NCBI GenBank assembly: GCA_015063745.1
Contig: SVTO01000005.1
Location: forward strand, 6,990-70,989
Length of the DNA stretch: 64,000 nucleotides
Source: Oscillospiraceae bacterium
GTDB lineage: Bacteria; Bacillota; Clostridia; Oscillospirales; CAG-272
Reading direction: 5' to 3'
Below, one piece after another: positions 55,585 through 64,000 of this stretch. The notes beneath the pieces were generated by a model. The model was not told the origin of the DNA, did not search any database, and saw only the letters and a list, made by a program, of their open reading frames with translations. Within the stretch, counting starts at the first letter, position 1, and each line of letters begins with the position of its first letter. A program made the position numbers and the translations under genes.

Positions 55585-57528
55585 ATGCCCCAAGAAGATC
55601 GCCTTGCCCTGAAAAAAATGACATTCAGCAAAAGCCTGAGAGGCTACTCCTGCGATGAGGTGGATGCCTACATAGAATATGTAACGGATAAATATGCCCA
55701 GGTCTGCAGAGAGTATACGGAGGTGCGCAGAAGACTGGCCACCGCCGCCGCCAGAGAAAGCGAGCTCCGTGCGGAAGATGAACAGGCTCAGAAGACCCGG
55801 ATTGAAAAATACCAGAAGAACTGCGACGCCATGGTGGACGAAGCCAAACGCCAGGCCGCGCGGATTCTCGCCGATGCGGAGCACGAAGCGAAGCTGATCA
55901 TCCGCCAGGCCGAGGACGAAGCCCAGAATATCGCGGCCAATGCAGCCAAGGAAGGCATCCGCGTACAGCACGAAGCCAGCCGCTCCATCGCTGCCAAGAG
56001 CAACCTTGCCGACAGAATAGTGCAGGAAATCGATACCTTCCGTAAAGAAGTATTCGCCATTTACGCAGAACATATCGATGCCCTGGAACGTCTGGGCAAA
56101 CTGACGGACGAATTCTACCGGCAGAAGAACGAACTGGCCGATGCCGGAAACGCCGACCCCGCCGCAATCGCATCCCTGATCCGTACAGATGCCGGAGAAG
56201 CGGAACCGGAAGAAATGACCGGGGCGGTTATGGAAGCGGAGGCAGCCGAAGCAGAGGAAACGGCGGAAGAAGAAACCGAAGTGAAAGCCGAAGGTTTGTT
56301 CAAAGCAGCCGAAGTGACTGTAACGGAAGAAGAACCGGACGAAGATGCCTTCAAGGAAGCATTCGACGAAGCCAAAAAAGCGGTATTTGAAGAAAAAACC
56401 AAAAAAGCGGACGACACTCTGCAGCTGCATATAGAAGAACCGGCAGAAGAACCGGAAGAAACCCCCGCGGAAGAAGCTGCCGAAGCAGAGGAGTTTGTTG
56501 ATGCTGCGGAAGAGTTTATCGAAGCAGAGGAGTTCGTTGACGCTGAAGATGAATTTATCGAAGCGGAAGAATTCGTTGATGCTGAAGATGAATTCACCGA
56601 AGCGGAAGCGTTCGTTGACGCCGAAGAACTCACCGAAGCGGAAGAAGAATTTGAAGTCTGGTCCGGTCAGGAATACACAGAAGACGAAGATAACGACGAT
56701 GCGCTGAACCTGTTCGATACGCTGACCGAAGAATTCATCGAAGCTGAAACGGAAGATGCGGAAACGGAACTGACCGAAACCGAAATGGTATTCGAAGAAC
56801 CCGAAGCGGCTATTGAACCGGAAGAATCCTGGGAAGAAGAAGCGGTATTTACCGAGGGTGAGCTGACGGATATCCTGTCCGAAGGCGAGCGTTGGGAAGA
56901 CGCGGAAGAAGTACCGGAGGAAGTACCGGAAGAATGGGAAGAGTCCGCAGAAGAATGGGCGGAAGAATGGACGGAAGACGCAGGTGAAGAGGAAGGGACT
57001 GCCGGAATCATCACCGAAACGGCGGACGAAGACCGGTCCTTTACCGATACGACGGAACTGCTGAGAACCCTGTTCGGCGACAGCAGCTGGCAGAGCGTTC
57101 CGGATGCCGACAATGGGCTTGACGACGGGAATATCCTTGTGGAAAACTCCGTCGAACCCGTGAAGGAATACGGGGAAGATGAAAACGACCTGCTGCTGGC
57201 CGACCTGAAATCCATCTACGGTGCAACGGATGAAGACGACGAAGAGGAAGAAGAAAGCGATTTCGACGAAGAAAGTGATTTTGAAGAAGAAAGCGCCGCG
57301 GTTTCCTTTGTACCCGTCAAGCGTAAGGCTGTGCGCAATCCCAAGGATCTGGACGATCTGTTCCTGTCGGGAGATGCGACCAATTCTACCAAGGACATCA
57401 GCCTGACCGGGGAATTTGATATTATCTTCTCCAAGGAAAAGAGTATGCGCAACGTGGAAGAAATCGGCAGACAGCCCTTAGCCACACCCGAAGCACCCAC
57501 CAAGCCCAAGAAACACAGTAAGTTCTGA
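55585..57528 (+). CDS. DivIVA-domain protein with a ~450-aa hyper-acidic C-terminal extension
   Basis: N-terminus ..KKMTFSKSLRGYSCDEVDAYIEYV (DivIVA motif), then a coiled-coil, then a long E/D-rich tail with tandem EEFVDAEDEFIEA units. Confidence 0.85.
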   Translation: MPQEDRLALKKMTFSKSLRGYSCDEVDAYIEYVTDKYAQVCREYTEVRRRLATAAARESELRAEDEQAQKTRIEKYQKNCDAMVDEAKRQAARILADAEHEAKLIIRQAEDEAQNIAANAAKEGIRVQHEASRSIAAKSNLADRIVQEIDTFRKEVFAIYAEHIDALERLGKLTDEFYRQKNELADAGNADPAAIASLIRTDAGEAEPEEMTGAVMEAEAAEAEETAEEETEVKAEGLFKAAEVTVTEEEPDEDAFKEAFDEAKKAVFEEKTKKADDTLQLHIEEPAEEPEETPAEEAAEAEEFVDAAEEFIEAEEFVDAEDEFIEAEEFVDAEDEFTEAEAFVDAEELTEAEEEFEVWSGQEYTEDEDNDDALNLFDTLTEEFIEAETEDAETELTETEMVFEEPEAAIEPEESWEEEAVFTEGELTDILSEGERWEDAEEVPEEVPEEWEESAEEWAEEWTEDAGEEEGTAGIITETADEDRSFTDTTELLRTLFGDSSWQSVPDADNGLDDGNILVENSVEPVKEYGEDENDLLLADLKSIYGATDEDDEEEEESDFDEESDFEEESAAVSFVPVKRKAVRNPKDLDDLFLSGDATNSTKDISLTGEFDIIFSKEKSMRNVEEIGRQPLATPEAPTKPKKHSKF

Positions 57529-57538
57529 AGGAGCGTAT

Positions 57539-58048
57539 ATGATACTGATCATCATCCTGATTCTGGCCGCCGTAGGTCTGGATCAGTGGACGAAATATCT
57601 GGCTGTGGAGCACCTGATGGGGGAAGCCAGCTATCCCTTCTGGCAGGATGTACTGCACTTCACCTATGTGGAAAACCGCGGCGCCGCGTTCGGTATGCTG
57701 GCGGATCACCGCTGGGTGTTCATGATCTTTTCCGTAGCGGCCATCGGCATCCTGCTGTTCTGGCTGTGGAAGGAAAAGCCGCAGAGCATCTGGGTCCGTA
57801 TGGCGGCGGCCTTCATCGTGGGCGGCGGAATCGGCAATATGATCGACCGCGTACGGCTCGGCTATGTCGTGGACTTTATTGACGTACGGCTGATTGATTT
57901 TTACGTGTTCAATGTAGCGGACTCCTTTGTCTGCGTGGGATGTGCGCTGTTTCTGCTCTGGGCGGTGTTCTCGGAGATCGGTGCAAAGAAGAAACCCGCA
58001 GAAGCTGCCGCGGAAGCACCGGAAACGGCGGATGAGGAACAGCAATGA
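57539..58048 (+). CDS. lspA: lipoprotein signal peptidase II
   Basis: ..LDQWTK.L......F.YVEN.GAAFG.......GG.GN.IDR...G.VVDF.......FNVADS. Confidence 0.93.
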   Translation: MILIIILILAAVGLDQWTKYLAVEHLMGEASYPFWQDVLHFTYVENRGAAFGMLADHRWVFMIFSVAAIGILLFWLWKEKPQSIWVRMAAAFIVGGGIGNMIDRVRLGYVVDFIDVRLIDFYVFNVADSFVCVGCALFLLWAVFSEIGAKKKPAEAAAEAPETADEEQQ

Positions 58049-59061
58049 AGGATGTATTCGATTTGTCCGATGTGCTGACGGAAGAGGATCTGCCCGAAGA
58101 GGAAAACGCGGGCGAGACCCGGATCGACATTCTCCCCGAAGAAGCGGGAAACCGTGCCGATGCCGTTCTTGCCGCACGTACCGGCCTGTCCCGTTCCGCA
58201 ATCCAGCGGCATATGGAAGAAGGACAGCTTGTCCGACTGGTGCAGGGAAACCCGCATCCGGTTACAAAGAAGGATAAAACCGCCGCAGGTGAGGTCTACG
58301 TTCTGACCCTGCCCCCGCCGGCCGCATACGACGTGGCACCGGAGCCGGTTCCGCTGGATATCGTATACGAAGATGACCAGATCATCGTCCTGAACAAACC
58401 CCAGGGCATGGTCGTCCACCCCGCACCGGGACATACCGGCGGTACTCTGGTCAACGGACTGCTCTACCATTGCGGCGACAGCCTGTCCGGGATCGGCGGC
58501 GTACAGCGACCGGGGATCGTCCACCGGATCGACAGGGACACAAGCGGCTTACTGTGCGTGGCCAAAACCGATATGGCCCATACCCACCTGTCCGCCCAGC
58601 TCTCCGACCACAGTATGCACCGGGAATACCGGACCATCGTGATCGGCGGACTGCCGGAAGAAACGGGAACTGTGGACGCACCCATCGGCAGACACCCCAC
58701 CGACCGGAAGAAAATGGCGGTATTTGCGAAAAACCAGCCGGGCACATCCAGACACGCCGTATCCCACTACCGTGTACTGGAGCACCTGACGGGACACACC
58801 TACACGGAAGTGATTCTGGAAACGGGACGCACCCACCAGATCCGCGTACACATGGCGCACATCGGCCATCCGGTACTGGGAGATCCGGTATATGGCGGCG
58901 GAAACACACCGTTTGTACGGCGCAATCCGGCTCTGTTCCACGGACAGATGCTCCATGCGGCCGCATTGGTCCTGACCCACCCGGCTACGGGAGAAAAAAT
59001 GCGGTTCACCTGCCCTCTGCCGGATTATTTCGAAGCGGCGCTGGCGAAACTGCGGGAATGA
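58045..59061 (+). CDS. rluD: RluA-family 23S rRNA pseudouridine synthase (RluD-like)
   Basis: S4-like N-terminus; ..IVLNKP.GMVVHP.......VHRIDRDTSGLL..AK......YR......TGRTHQIRVHM..IGHP..GD..YG. Confidence 0.92.
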   Translation: MKDVFDLSDVLTEEDLPEEENAGETRIDILPEEAGNRADAVLAARTGLSRSAIQRHMEEGQLVRLVQGNPHPVTKKDKTAAGEVYVLTLPPPAAYDVAPEPVPLDIVYEDDQIIVLNKPQGMVVHPAPGHTGGTLVNGLLYHCGDSLSGIGGVQRPGIVHRIDRDTSGLLCVAKTDMAHTHLSAQLSDHSMHREYRTIVIGGLPEETGTVDAPIGRHPTDRKKMAVFAKNQPGTSRHAVSHYRVLEHLTGHTYTEVILETGRTHQIRVHMAHIGHPVLGDPVYGGGNTPFVRRNPALFHGQMLHAAALVLTHPATGEKMRFTCPLPDYFEAALAKLRE

Positions 59062-59250
59062 AAAGTAAATAAGCATACGGACGGTCGTACTGTCCCGAAG
59101 CAGGCTTGCGGAATACGGATTCCCCAGACCGGCGGCGGTGGATGGTGCGGCTGTCCTTTGTTCTGCGGAGAAATCCGGATTTTTCCAAGTCATATACCGC
59201 CGTCCATCGGCATAAAATGTGCTGTACTGAAATATTCACGGAGGTATACC

Positions 59251-60753
59251 ATGATACCTGAACATTATTTGTCAACGGAACGGTTTTACGAAGAGGAAAC
59301 AGCGGAGACAGCAGAGGATTTCATTCTCCCGGATTATATGGCGGAGGTACAGCGGGTTCTCGGCGTAACGGCGGCGGTTACACTGGACGATGCATTTCTG
59401 GAAGGGGATTTTCTGGAAGCGGAAGGGGATGTGATCTATACCGTCCTGTACCAGAGCAGCGACAAAGGTCTGGCGTCGGCTCCCCTGACCTCCCGCTATT
59501 CCTGCCGCGTACCCATTCGCCGCGGGGAGGGGGACGGATTCGGCGTGGAAGATGTGACCTTTCTCAAAAGTGCGGAAAACGTGGTCTGCCGGGTACTGTC
59601 GCCGCGGAAGCTCAGCCTGTCCGCGAAGGTGCATCTGCAGTGTTTCTCCCTCGGCTGTACGGACGGCGGTCACCGGATCGAAGCGGAGGAGGAAGATGTG
59701 TCCACCGTGATCTGCCGCAGCCGGGAAGTACCGGTGACGGAGGTGAAAAACGTCCGCAAGACCGCCTCGGCATCGGGGAATGTGCGGGAGAGGGAAGGCA
59801 CCCGGGTGATCAGCTGTACGGGACACGTGTGCGTGCAGGATGTAAAAATCCTTCCGGCCAACGGAGAGATCCGGGTCACGGGGGAAGCATCCGTGCAGTT
59901 TCTGCTGGCATCCCCCGACGGCAGTTATATCCGTCTCCGTGACCGCTGTCCCACGGAAGATACCCTGCGGCTGGAAGCACTGCGGTCCCTTGGCAGTGTC
60001 CGAGGGGAAAAGGACCGTCCGCCGGAAGGATTTGCCTCTGCCGTATGTGCCGCGCTGGAAGTGACCTGCGGGGACAACGGGGAGATCGGCTGGCAGATGG
60101 AATACGATCTGGACTGTTCCGCCGCCATGCCCGGGATGCGCCTGATCACCGATGATGCCTACAGTACGGCATACAGGGAAAACTGTACGTTCCGCACAAC
60201 GGAAGCCGTATCCCTGGGCCGATGCAGCACCGGCAGACTGACCGTCACCGGCGAAAAACAGCTCCGCGGCGGCGATATGCGGTACATCTGCGGCTTCGGC
60301 AGGGCGGTCTTCCAGAACGGTGAGATCCGTGACGGACGGCTGATCCTGACGGGCAGTGCGGTACTCACGGGCGTGTTGGCGGACAACGGGGAAGTGGTTA
60401 CGGAAGAATGTACTGTACCTCTGCGGTACGAATGTGAAGCGGGGCACACGGACGGTGCGGTATCCTGCCGGTGCGGGATCACGCTGTTCGACATCGGCGG
60501 ACGGGTGGACGGGGATATGCTGTACATGACCGCAGAATCCGCCTTCCACGGCATATGCCTGCTGAAGCATCCGGAAACCACTCTGGAATCCGTTTCTCTG
60601 AAGGATGCCGAACGCCTGCCGGAAAAACGACCTGCCGTTACCATATATACCCCGGATGTGGAGGACACGGACTGGACGGTGCAGAAGCGCTACCGGGTCC
60701 GGGAAGAAGCCATCCGGAAAACCGGACAGCGGTATCTGATACAGATGGAGTGA
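59251..60753 (+). CDS. DUF3794-like domain protein
   Basis: ~500 aa; N-terminus ..EDFILPDYMAEVQRVLGVTAAVTLDDAFLEGDFLEAEGDVIYTVLYQS resembles DUF3794 repeats; GGAGG SD upstream of ATG 59251. Confidence 0.55.
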   Translation: MIPEHYLSTERFYEEETAETAEDFILPDYMAEVQRVLGVTAAVTLDDAFLEGDFLEAEGDVIYTVLYQSSDKGLASAPLTSRYSCRVPIRRGEGDGFGVEDVTFLKSAENVVCRVLSPRKLSLSAKVHLQCFSLGCTDGGHRIEAEEEDVSTVICRSREVPVTEVKNVRKTASASGNVREREGTRVISCTGHVCVQDVKILPANGEIRVTGEASVQFLLASPDGSYIRLRDRCPTEDTLRLEALRSLGSVRGEKDRPPEGFASAVCAALEVTCGDNGEIGWQMEYDLDCSAAMPGMRLITDDAYSTAYRENCTFRTTEAVSLGRCSTGRLTVTGEKQLRGGDMRYICGFGRAVFQNGEIRDGRLILTGSAVLTGVLADNGEVVTEECTVPLRYECEAGHTDGAVSCRCGITLFDIGGRVDGDMLYMTAESAFHGICLLKHPETTLESVSLKDAERLPEKRPAVTIYTPDVEDTDWTVQKRYRVREEAIRKTGQRYLIQME

Positions 60754-60810
60754 AAACCTGCGGGATGGGGAAGCATATGCTTCAGGCATTTGCTTCCCCG
60801 TCCTCTGTTT

Positions 60811-60861
60811 GGTATCAGCCAATAAACCACCAGCATAGCTGGTGGTTTATTGGCTGATACC
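60811..60861. terminator. perfect 24-bp palindrome (bidirectional terminator-like hairpin)
   Basis: GGTATCAGCCAATAAACCACCAGC-ATA-GCTGGTGGTTTATTGGCTGATACC; no clear T-run. Confidence 0.5.
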
Positions 60862-60949
60862 AATTCTCCGTAGCGTAGAATTACAAACGGTACATTTATC
60901 GCATAATTGACTTTTCCTGCTACAAAATTGATACTTTCACGAAAAAGTG

Positions 60950-60979
60950 TTGACGCTTCCCGGAGAATTGCGATATAAT
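60950..60979 (+). promoter_or_regulatory. sigma-A promoter of the first repeat-protein gene
   Basis: TTGACG-18 nt-TATAAT. Confidence 0.55.
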
Positions 60980-60982
60980 CAT

Positions 60983-61028
60983 ATCGGAAAAAGTCTTTTA
61001 CACTATACTGCAAAAGACTTTTTCCGAT
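60983..61028 (+). promoter_or_regulatory. perfect 17-bp hairpin at the 5' end of the predicted transcript
   Basis: ATCGGAAAAAGTCTTTT-ACACTATACTGC-AAAAGACTTTTTCCGAT, followed by GTATTTTC. Confidence 0.5.
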
Positions 61029-61071
61029 GTATTTTCAAAATTAATTAAACAATATGAAAGGATTCCCCGAC

Positions 61072-62469
61072 ATGAAAAAGCTTCTTGCAATCCTTATGTG
61101 TACTGTACTGACAGTATCTTTCATGGTTATTGGTGTTTCTGCAAAAATCTTTGTTAATGAAAAAGCAATGGTTCTGGATGTGGAAAATATCATTGGTGAA
61201 GACGATACCGGCTGGCTGTATCTGACCGGCGACGAAGCCGACGATGCCAACATCGTACTGCGTTCCTACGGTTATGGCTGGTTTACAATGTATGACGGCT
61301 ATCCGGCATTTATCACCACACCTATCGGCAACAATATTCTCAACTATGCATGCAATACCGAGAGTGAAGAACTTGAAAAAGAGACTATTCCTCTGTGGAG
61401 CGTATTTCCCGAGAGAAGACCCATTATGAAATGGCGCTATAAATTTGCTTTTGACCTGGGTACAACGGTTACAATGGATATGCCTTTCTGTGATGGTCAG
61501 GGATTTAATTTTGAAGTAATCGCCGATGGTGAATGGCATGACCTGATCATTGACCTGTATGCTTACGACTCTCTGGACTGGATTGCATATGAAAAGTATT
61601 GGGCAGAACAGGTTCCCGGATTTGACGAACCCGAACAGGGCGGCTTTCAGTTTGAATTCTCTTTCCCGGATGAAACACCGATTCTGATTGATTATATCGG
61701 ATTCTTTGCTACCAAGGAACTGGCAGAATCCTTTACCGGTGACACCTCCATTTTCGGAGAAGGTATTACCGACTGGAGAACTGTGGACAAGAACTCCGAT
61801 CTGTACAAGAGAGTAACTGACCCTGAATATGCATCTACAGTAACCGCTCCCGAAACCGAAGCCGCAACTGAAGCAGCTACCGAAGCTGCAACTGAAGCTG
61901 TAACTGAAGCAGCAACCGAAGCAGCAACCGAAGCCGCAACCGAAGCTGCAACCGAAGCTGCAACTGAAGCTGCAACCGAAGAAGCTACTGAAGCCGCAAC
62001 CGAAGCTGCAACTGAAGCAGCAACTGAAGCTGCAACCGAAGCTGCAACTGAAGCAGCAACTGAAGCTGCTACCGAAGCCGCCACCGAAGCTGCAACCGAA
62101 GAAGCTACTGAAGCAGCCACCGAAGCTGCAACCGAAGAAGCTACTGAAGCAGCCACCGAAGCTGCAACCGAAGAAGCTACTGAAGCAGCCACCGAAGCTG
62201 CAACCGAAGAAGCTACCGAGGCTGCAACCGAAGCTGCTACCGAAGCCGCAACTGAAGCCGCAACTGAAGCAGCAACCGAAGCAGCAACCGAAGCTGCTAC
62301 CGAAGAAGCAACCGAAGCTGCTACCGAAGAAGCAACCGAAGAAACTCCCGTTGTTGATGAAGAACCCGCATCCAGCAAGACTCCCATCATCGTAGGCTGT
62401 GTCGCCGCTGTTGTTGTGATCGCTGCTGTTGTTGGCATCATCGTCAAGACTAAGAAGAGCAAGAAGTAA
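61072..62469 (+). CDS. secreted, C-terminally membrane-anchored protein with a (A-T-E-A)n acidic repeat stalk
   Basis: Signal peptide MKKLLAILMCTVLTVSFMVIGVSA; ~235-aa N-terminal domain ending ..PILIDYIGFFATKELAESF; ~41 tetrapeptide repeats; TM IIVGCVAAVVVIAAVVGIIV followed by KTKKSKK. Confidence 0.8.
   Translation: MKKLLAILMCTVLTVSFMVIGVSAKIFVNEKAMVLDVENIIGEDDTGWLYLTGDEADDANIVLRSYGYGWFTMYDGYPAFITTPIGNNILNYACNTESEELEKETIPLWSVFPERRPIMKWRYKFAFDLGTTVTMDMPFCDGQGFNFEVIADGEWHDLIIDLYAYDSLDWIAYEKYWAEQVPGFDEPEQGGFQFEFSFPDETPILIDYIGFFATKELAESFTGDTSIFGEGITDWRTVDKNSDLYKRVTDPEYASTVTAPETEAATEAATEAATEAVTEAATEAATEAATEAATEAATEAATEEATEAATEAATEAATEAATEAATEAATEAATEAATEAATEEATEAATEAATEEATEAATEAATEEATEAATEAATEEATEAATEAATEAATEAATEAATEAATEAATEEATEAATEEATEETPVVDEEPASSKTPIIVGCVAAVVVIAAVVGIIVKTKKSKK
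61852..62346 (+). repeat. in-frame 12-bp tandem repeat (~41 units) encoding (E-A-A-T)n
   Basis: GAA GCN GCN ACY units with synonymous variation; perfect 36-bp higher-order copies around 62086-62230. Confidence 0.95.
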
Positions 62470-62517
62470 TCCGGATACATAAGCTGCGTATGTAAACGCC
62501 GCCCAAAAGAAATAACG

Positions 62518-62550
62518 AAAACCCATCGATGAATCCAATCGATGGGTTTT
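62518..62550 (+). terminator. intrinsic terminator after the first repeat-protein gene
   Basis: AAAACCCATCGAT-GAATCCA-ATCGATGGGTTTT. Confidence 0.7.
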
Positions 62551-62614
62551 ATTATGAAAAATACAATTAATTTGTTGTCTTATGTGACTTTTTTGTCATA
62601 TTTTTGCAAACACA

Positions 62615-62644
62615 TTGACAAATAGTTATATATTTTGTTATAAT
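62615..62644 (+). promoter_or_regulatory. sigma-A promoter of the second repeat-protein gene
   Basis: TTGACA-18 nt-TATAAT. Confidence 0.6.
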
Positions 62645-62721
62645 AAAATTGTACTATATGTACTGATAATGATGGTATCTTTTGATGCCGGTATCAAAAA
62701 AATTGAAAGGAAAACTTTATT

Positions 62722-64000
62722 ATGAAGAGGCTTTTGACAATTCTTCTCTGCGCGGTAATGCTTGTTTCCGTTATGGGTATTGCCGTTTCCGCCGCAAATT
62801 ATAGAACCGACACAGCACGTGCCTATAAAGTTGACGGCTTTGTAAGCGAAGACGAACCCTATGTACAGGATACCGAAGAAGACAAGTATATCCAGTGGTA
62901 CAATTACTACCAGGGTTGGACCATTCAGATGGAGGGTTATACCGCTATTATGACACACCCTTATCTGGCAACCACTTGGGAAGCTTGTTTCTGGGATCCG
63001 GAATGGTGTATTCCCGTTACCCACCGATACATGAAACTGCGTATTAAAACATATTTTGATATCGGCGAAGATGTTGTAACCAAATACGAACTTTCCGGAC
63101 GTACACAGTTCTTCTGGTTTACATGGCCCGGCAATGGCGAATGGCAGGAAATCATCATCGACATGGCTGACCCCGAACTGGCGAAGGAAAACGGATTTGA
63201 CTGGCTGGGATACACTGACCAAGGGGTAGACGGCGATACCAGACCTTTCCCGGATATAATCGGTCAGCCCCTGCTGCGTTCTTGCGCTCTTTTGTTCAAT
63301 ATGCAGGGTAAAGATGAACAGCCTATTCTGTTCGATTACATCGGTTTCTTTACCACCAGAGAAGAAGCTGAAGCATTCGACGCAAGCTGGTTTACCAATC
63401 CTCCTGCAACCGGAGTAGAAGCTGATACTGAAGCAGCAACCGAAGCAGCAACCGAAGCCGCAACTGAAGCAGCAACCGAAGCCGCAACTGAAGCCGCAAC
63501 TGAAGCCGCAACTGAAGCCGCAACCGAAGCAGCAACTGAAGCAGCAACTGAAGCCGCAACCGAAGCCGCAACTGAAGCCGCAACTGAAGCAGCAACCGAA
63601 GCCGCAACTGAAGCCGCAACTGAAGCCGCAACTGAAGCCGCAACCGAAGCAGCAACTGAAGCAGCAACTGAAGCCGCAACTGAAGCCGCAACTGAAGCCG
63701 CAACTGAAGCCGCAACCGAAGCAGCAACTGAAGCTGCAACTGAAGCCGCAACCGAAGCCGCAACTGAAGCCGCAACTGAAGCCGCAACTGAAGCAACAAC
63801 TGAAGCTGCAACCGAAGTTGCTACCGAAGCAGCAACTGAAGCTGCTACCGAAGCAGCTACTGAAGCCGCCACCGAAGCCGCCACCGAAGCTGCAACCGAA
63901 GCAGCTACTGAAGCCGCAACCGAAGCAGCTACTGAAGCCGCCACCGAAGCTGCAACCGAAGAAGCTACCGAGGCAGCAACTGAAGCTGCAACCGAAGAAA
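62722..64000 (+). CDS. paralogous secreted (A-T-E-A)n repeat protein, 3' end outside window
   Basis: Not in the ORF track (no stop in window). ATG 62722 after AAAGGAAAA; MKRLLTILLCAVMLVSVMGIAVSA signal peptide; ~205-aa domain ending ..PILFDYIGFFTTREEAEAF; then the repeat runs to the window edge. Confidence 0.8.
   Translation, partial: MKRLLTILLCAVMLVSVMGIAVSAANYRTDTARAYKVDGFVSEDEPYVQDTEEDKYIQWYNYYQGWTIQMEGYTAIMTHPYLATTWEACFWDPEWCIPVTHRYMKLRIKTYFDIGEDVVTKYELSGRTQFFWFTWPGNGEWQEIIIDMADPELAKENGFDWLGYTDQGVDGDTRPFPDIIGQPLLRSCALLFNMQGKDEQPILFDYIGFFTTREEAEAFDASWFTNPPATGVEADTEAATEAATEAATEAATEAATEAATEAATEAATEAATEAATEAATEAATEAATEAATEAATEAATEAATEAATEAATEAATEAATEAATEAATEAATEAATEAATEAATEAATEAATEAATEATTEAATEVATEAATEAATEAATEAATEAATEAATEAATEAATEAATEAATEAATEEATEAATEAATEE
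63415..64000 (+). repeat. in-frame 12-bp tandem repeat (at least 48 units, truncated by the window)
   Basis: GAA GCN GCA ACY units; a ~120-bp higher-order duplication (63481-63600 vs 63601-63720). Confidence 0.95.

Noticed and set aside
61852-62346. Regular short repeats considered as a possible CRISPR array
   Set aside because: The units are 12 bp and contiguous with no spacers, in frame within a CDS, and no cas genes are nearby.
61692-62480. Minus-strand ORFs encoding (A-S-V-A)n (also 63336-63944 and 63392-63811), and the 497-aa ORF 61045-62538
   Set aside because: They are antisense or off-frame readings of the 12-bp repeat. The plus-strand frame has a signal peptide, SD, promoter, TM anchor and terminator.

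Overview
This 64-kb chromosomal window comes from a moderately high-GC Firmicute. It is probably a Clostridia/Oscillospirales-type gut or rumen organism; this is inferred only from gene order, CIRCE-groESL, Cheo-type LexA boxes and a ylmE-sepF-yggT-ylmH-divIVA-lspA-rluD block. All product calls rest on by-eye recognition of family signatures; no searches were run. Contents in order: (1) The end of the ribosomal/alpha operon: map fragment, KOW protein, infA, rpmJ, rpsM, rpsK, rpsD, rpoA, rplQ. (2) A GNAT acetyltransferase. (3) A minus-strand 8-gene aromatic amino-acid operon (pheA-aroB-aroC-aroE/K fusion-aroQ-aroA-tyrA-DAHP synthase). It is preceded by a consensus promoter, a Phe/Tyr-rich 25-codon leader ORF and an intrinsic terminator. 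(4) An amino-acid ABC transporter. (5) A DUF1934-like protein, an EamA transporter, a HisJ-type phosphatase, three hypothetical genes, a DUF4838-like lipoprotein and a TIGR01212 radical SAM gene. (6) A compact 13.2-kb phage-like cluster of 19 co-oriented genes. It has a regulator, terminase, portal, scaffold, coat, connectors, tail, a short tape measure and baseplate/fibre genes. I could recognise no integrase, repressor, replication or lysis gene on either flank. Its regulator sits behind a promoter bracketed by two LexA boxes and is interrupted at an A8 tract. (7) An ~880-bp non-coding nested inverted-repeat element with ~158-bp arms. (8) A KdgK-like kinase and a large glycoside hydrolase. 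(9) mgtE behind a possible M-box leader. (10) asd, CIRCE-groES-groEL, rubredoxin, an XRE regulator and a flippase. (11) The cell-division block through rluD, then a DUF3794-like gene. (12) Two paralogous secreted, membrane-anchored proteins carrying very long (A-T-E-A)n tracts encoded by 12-bp tandem repeats. At least seven copies of two related palindromic REP/MITE-like intergenic elements lie at gene 3' ends. I recognised no rRNA, tRNA or CRISPR array.
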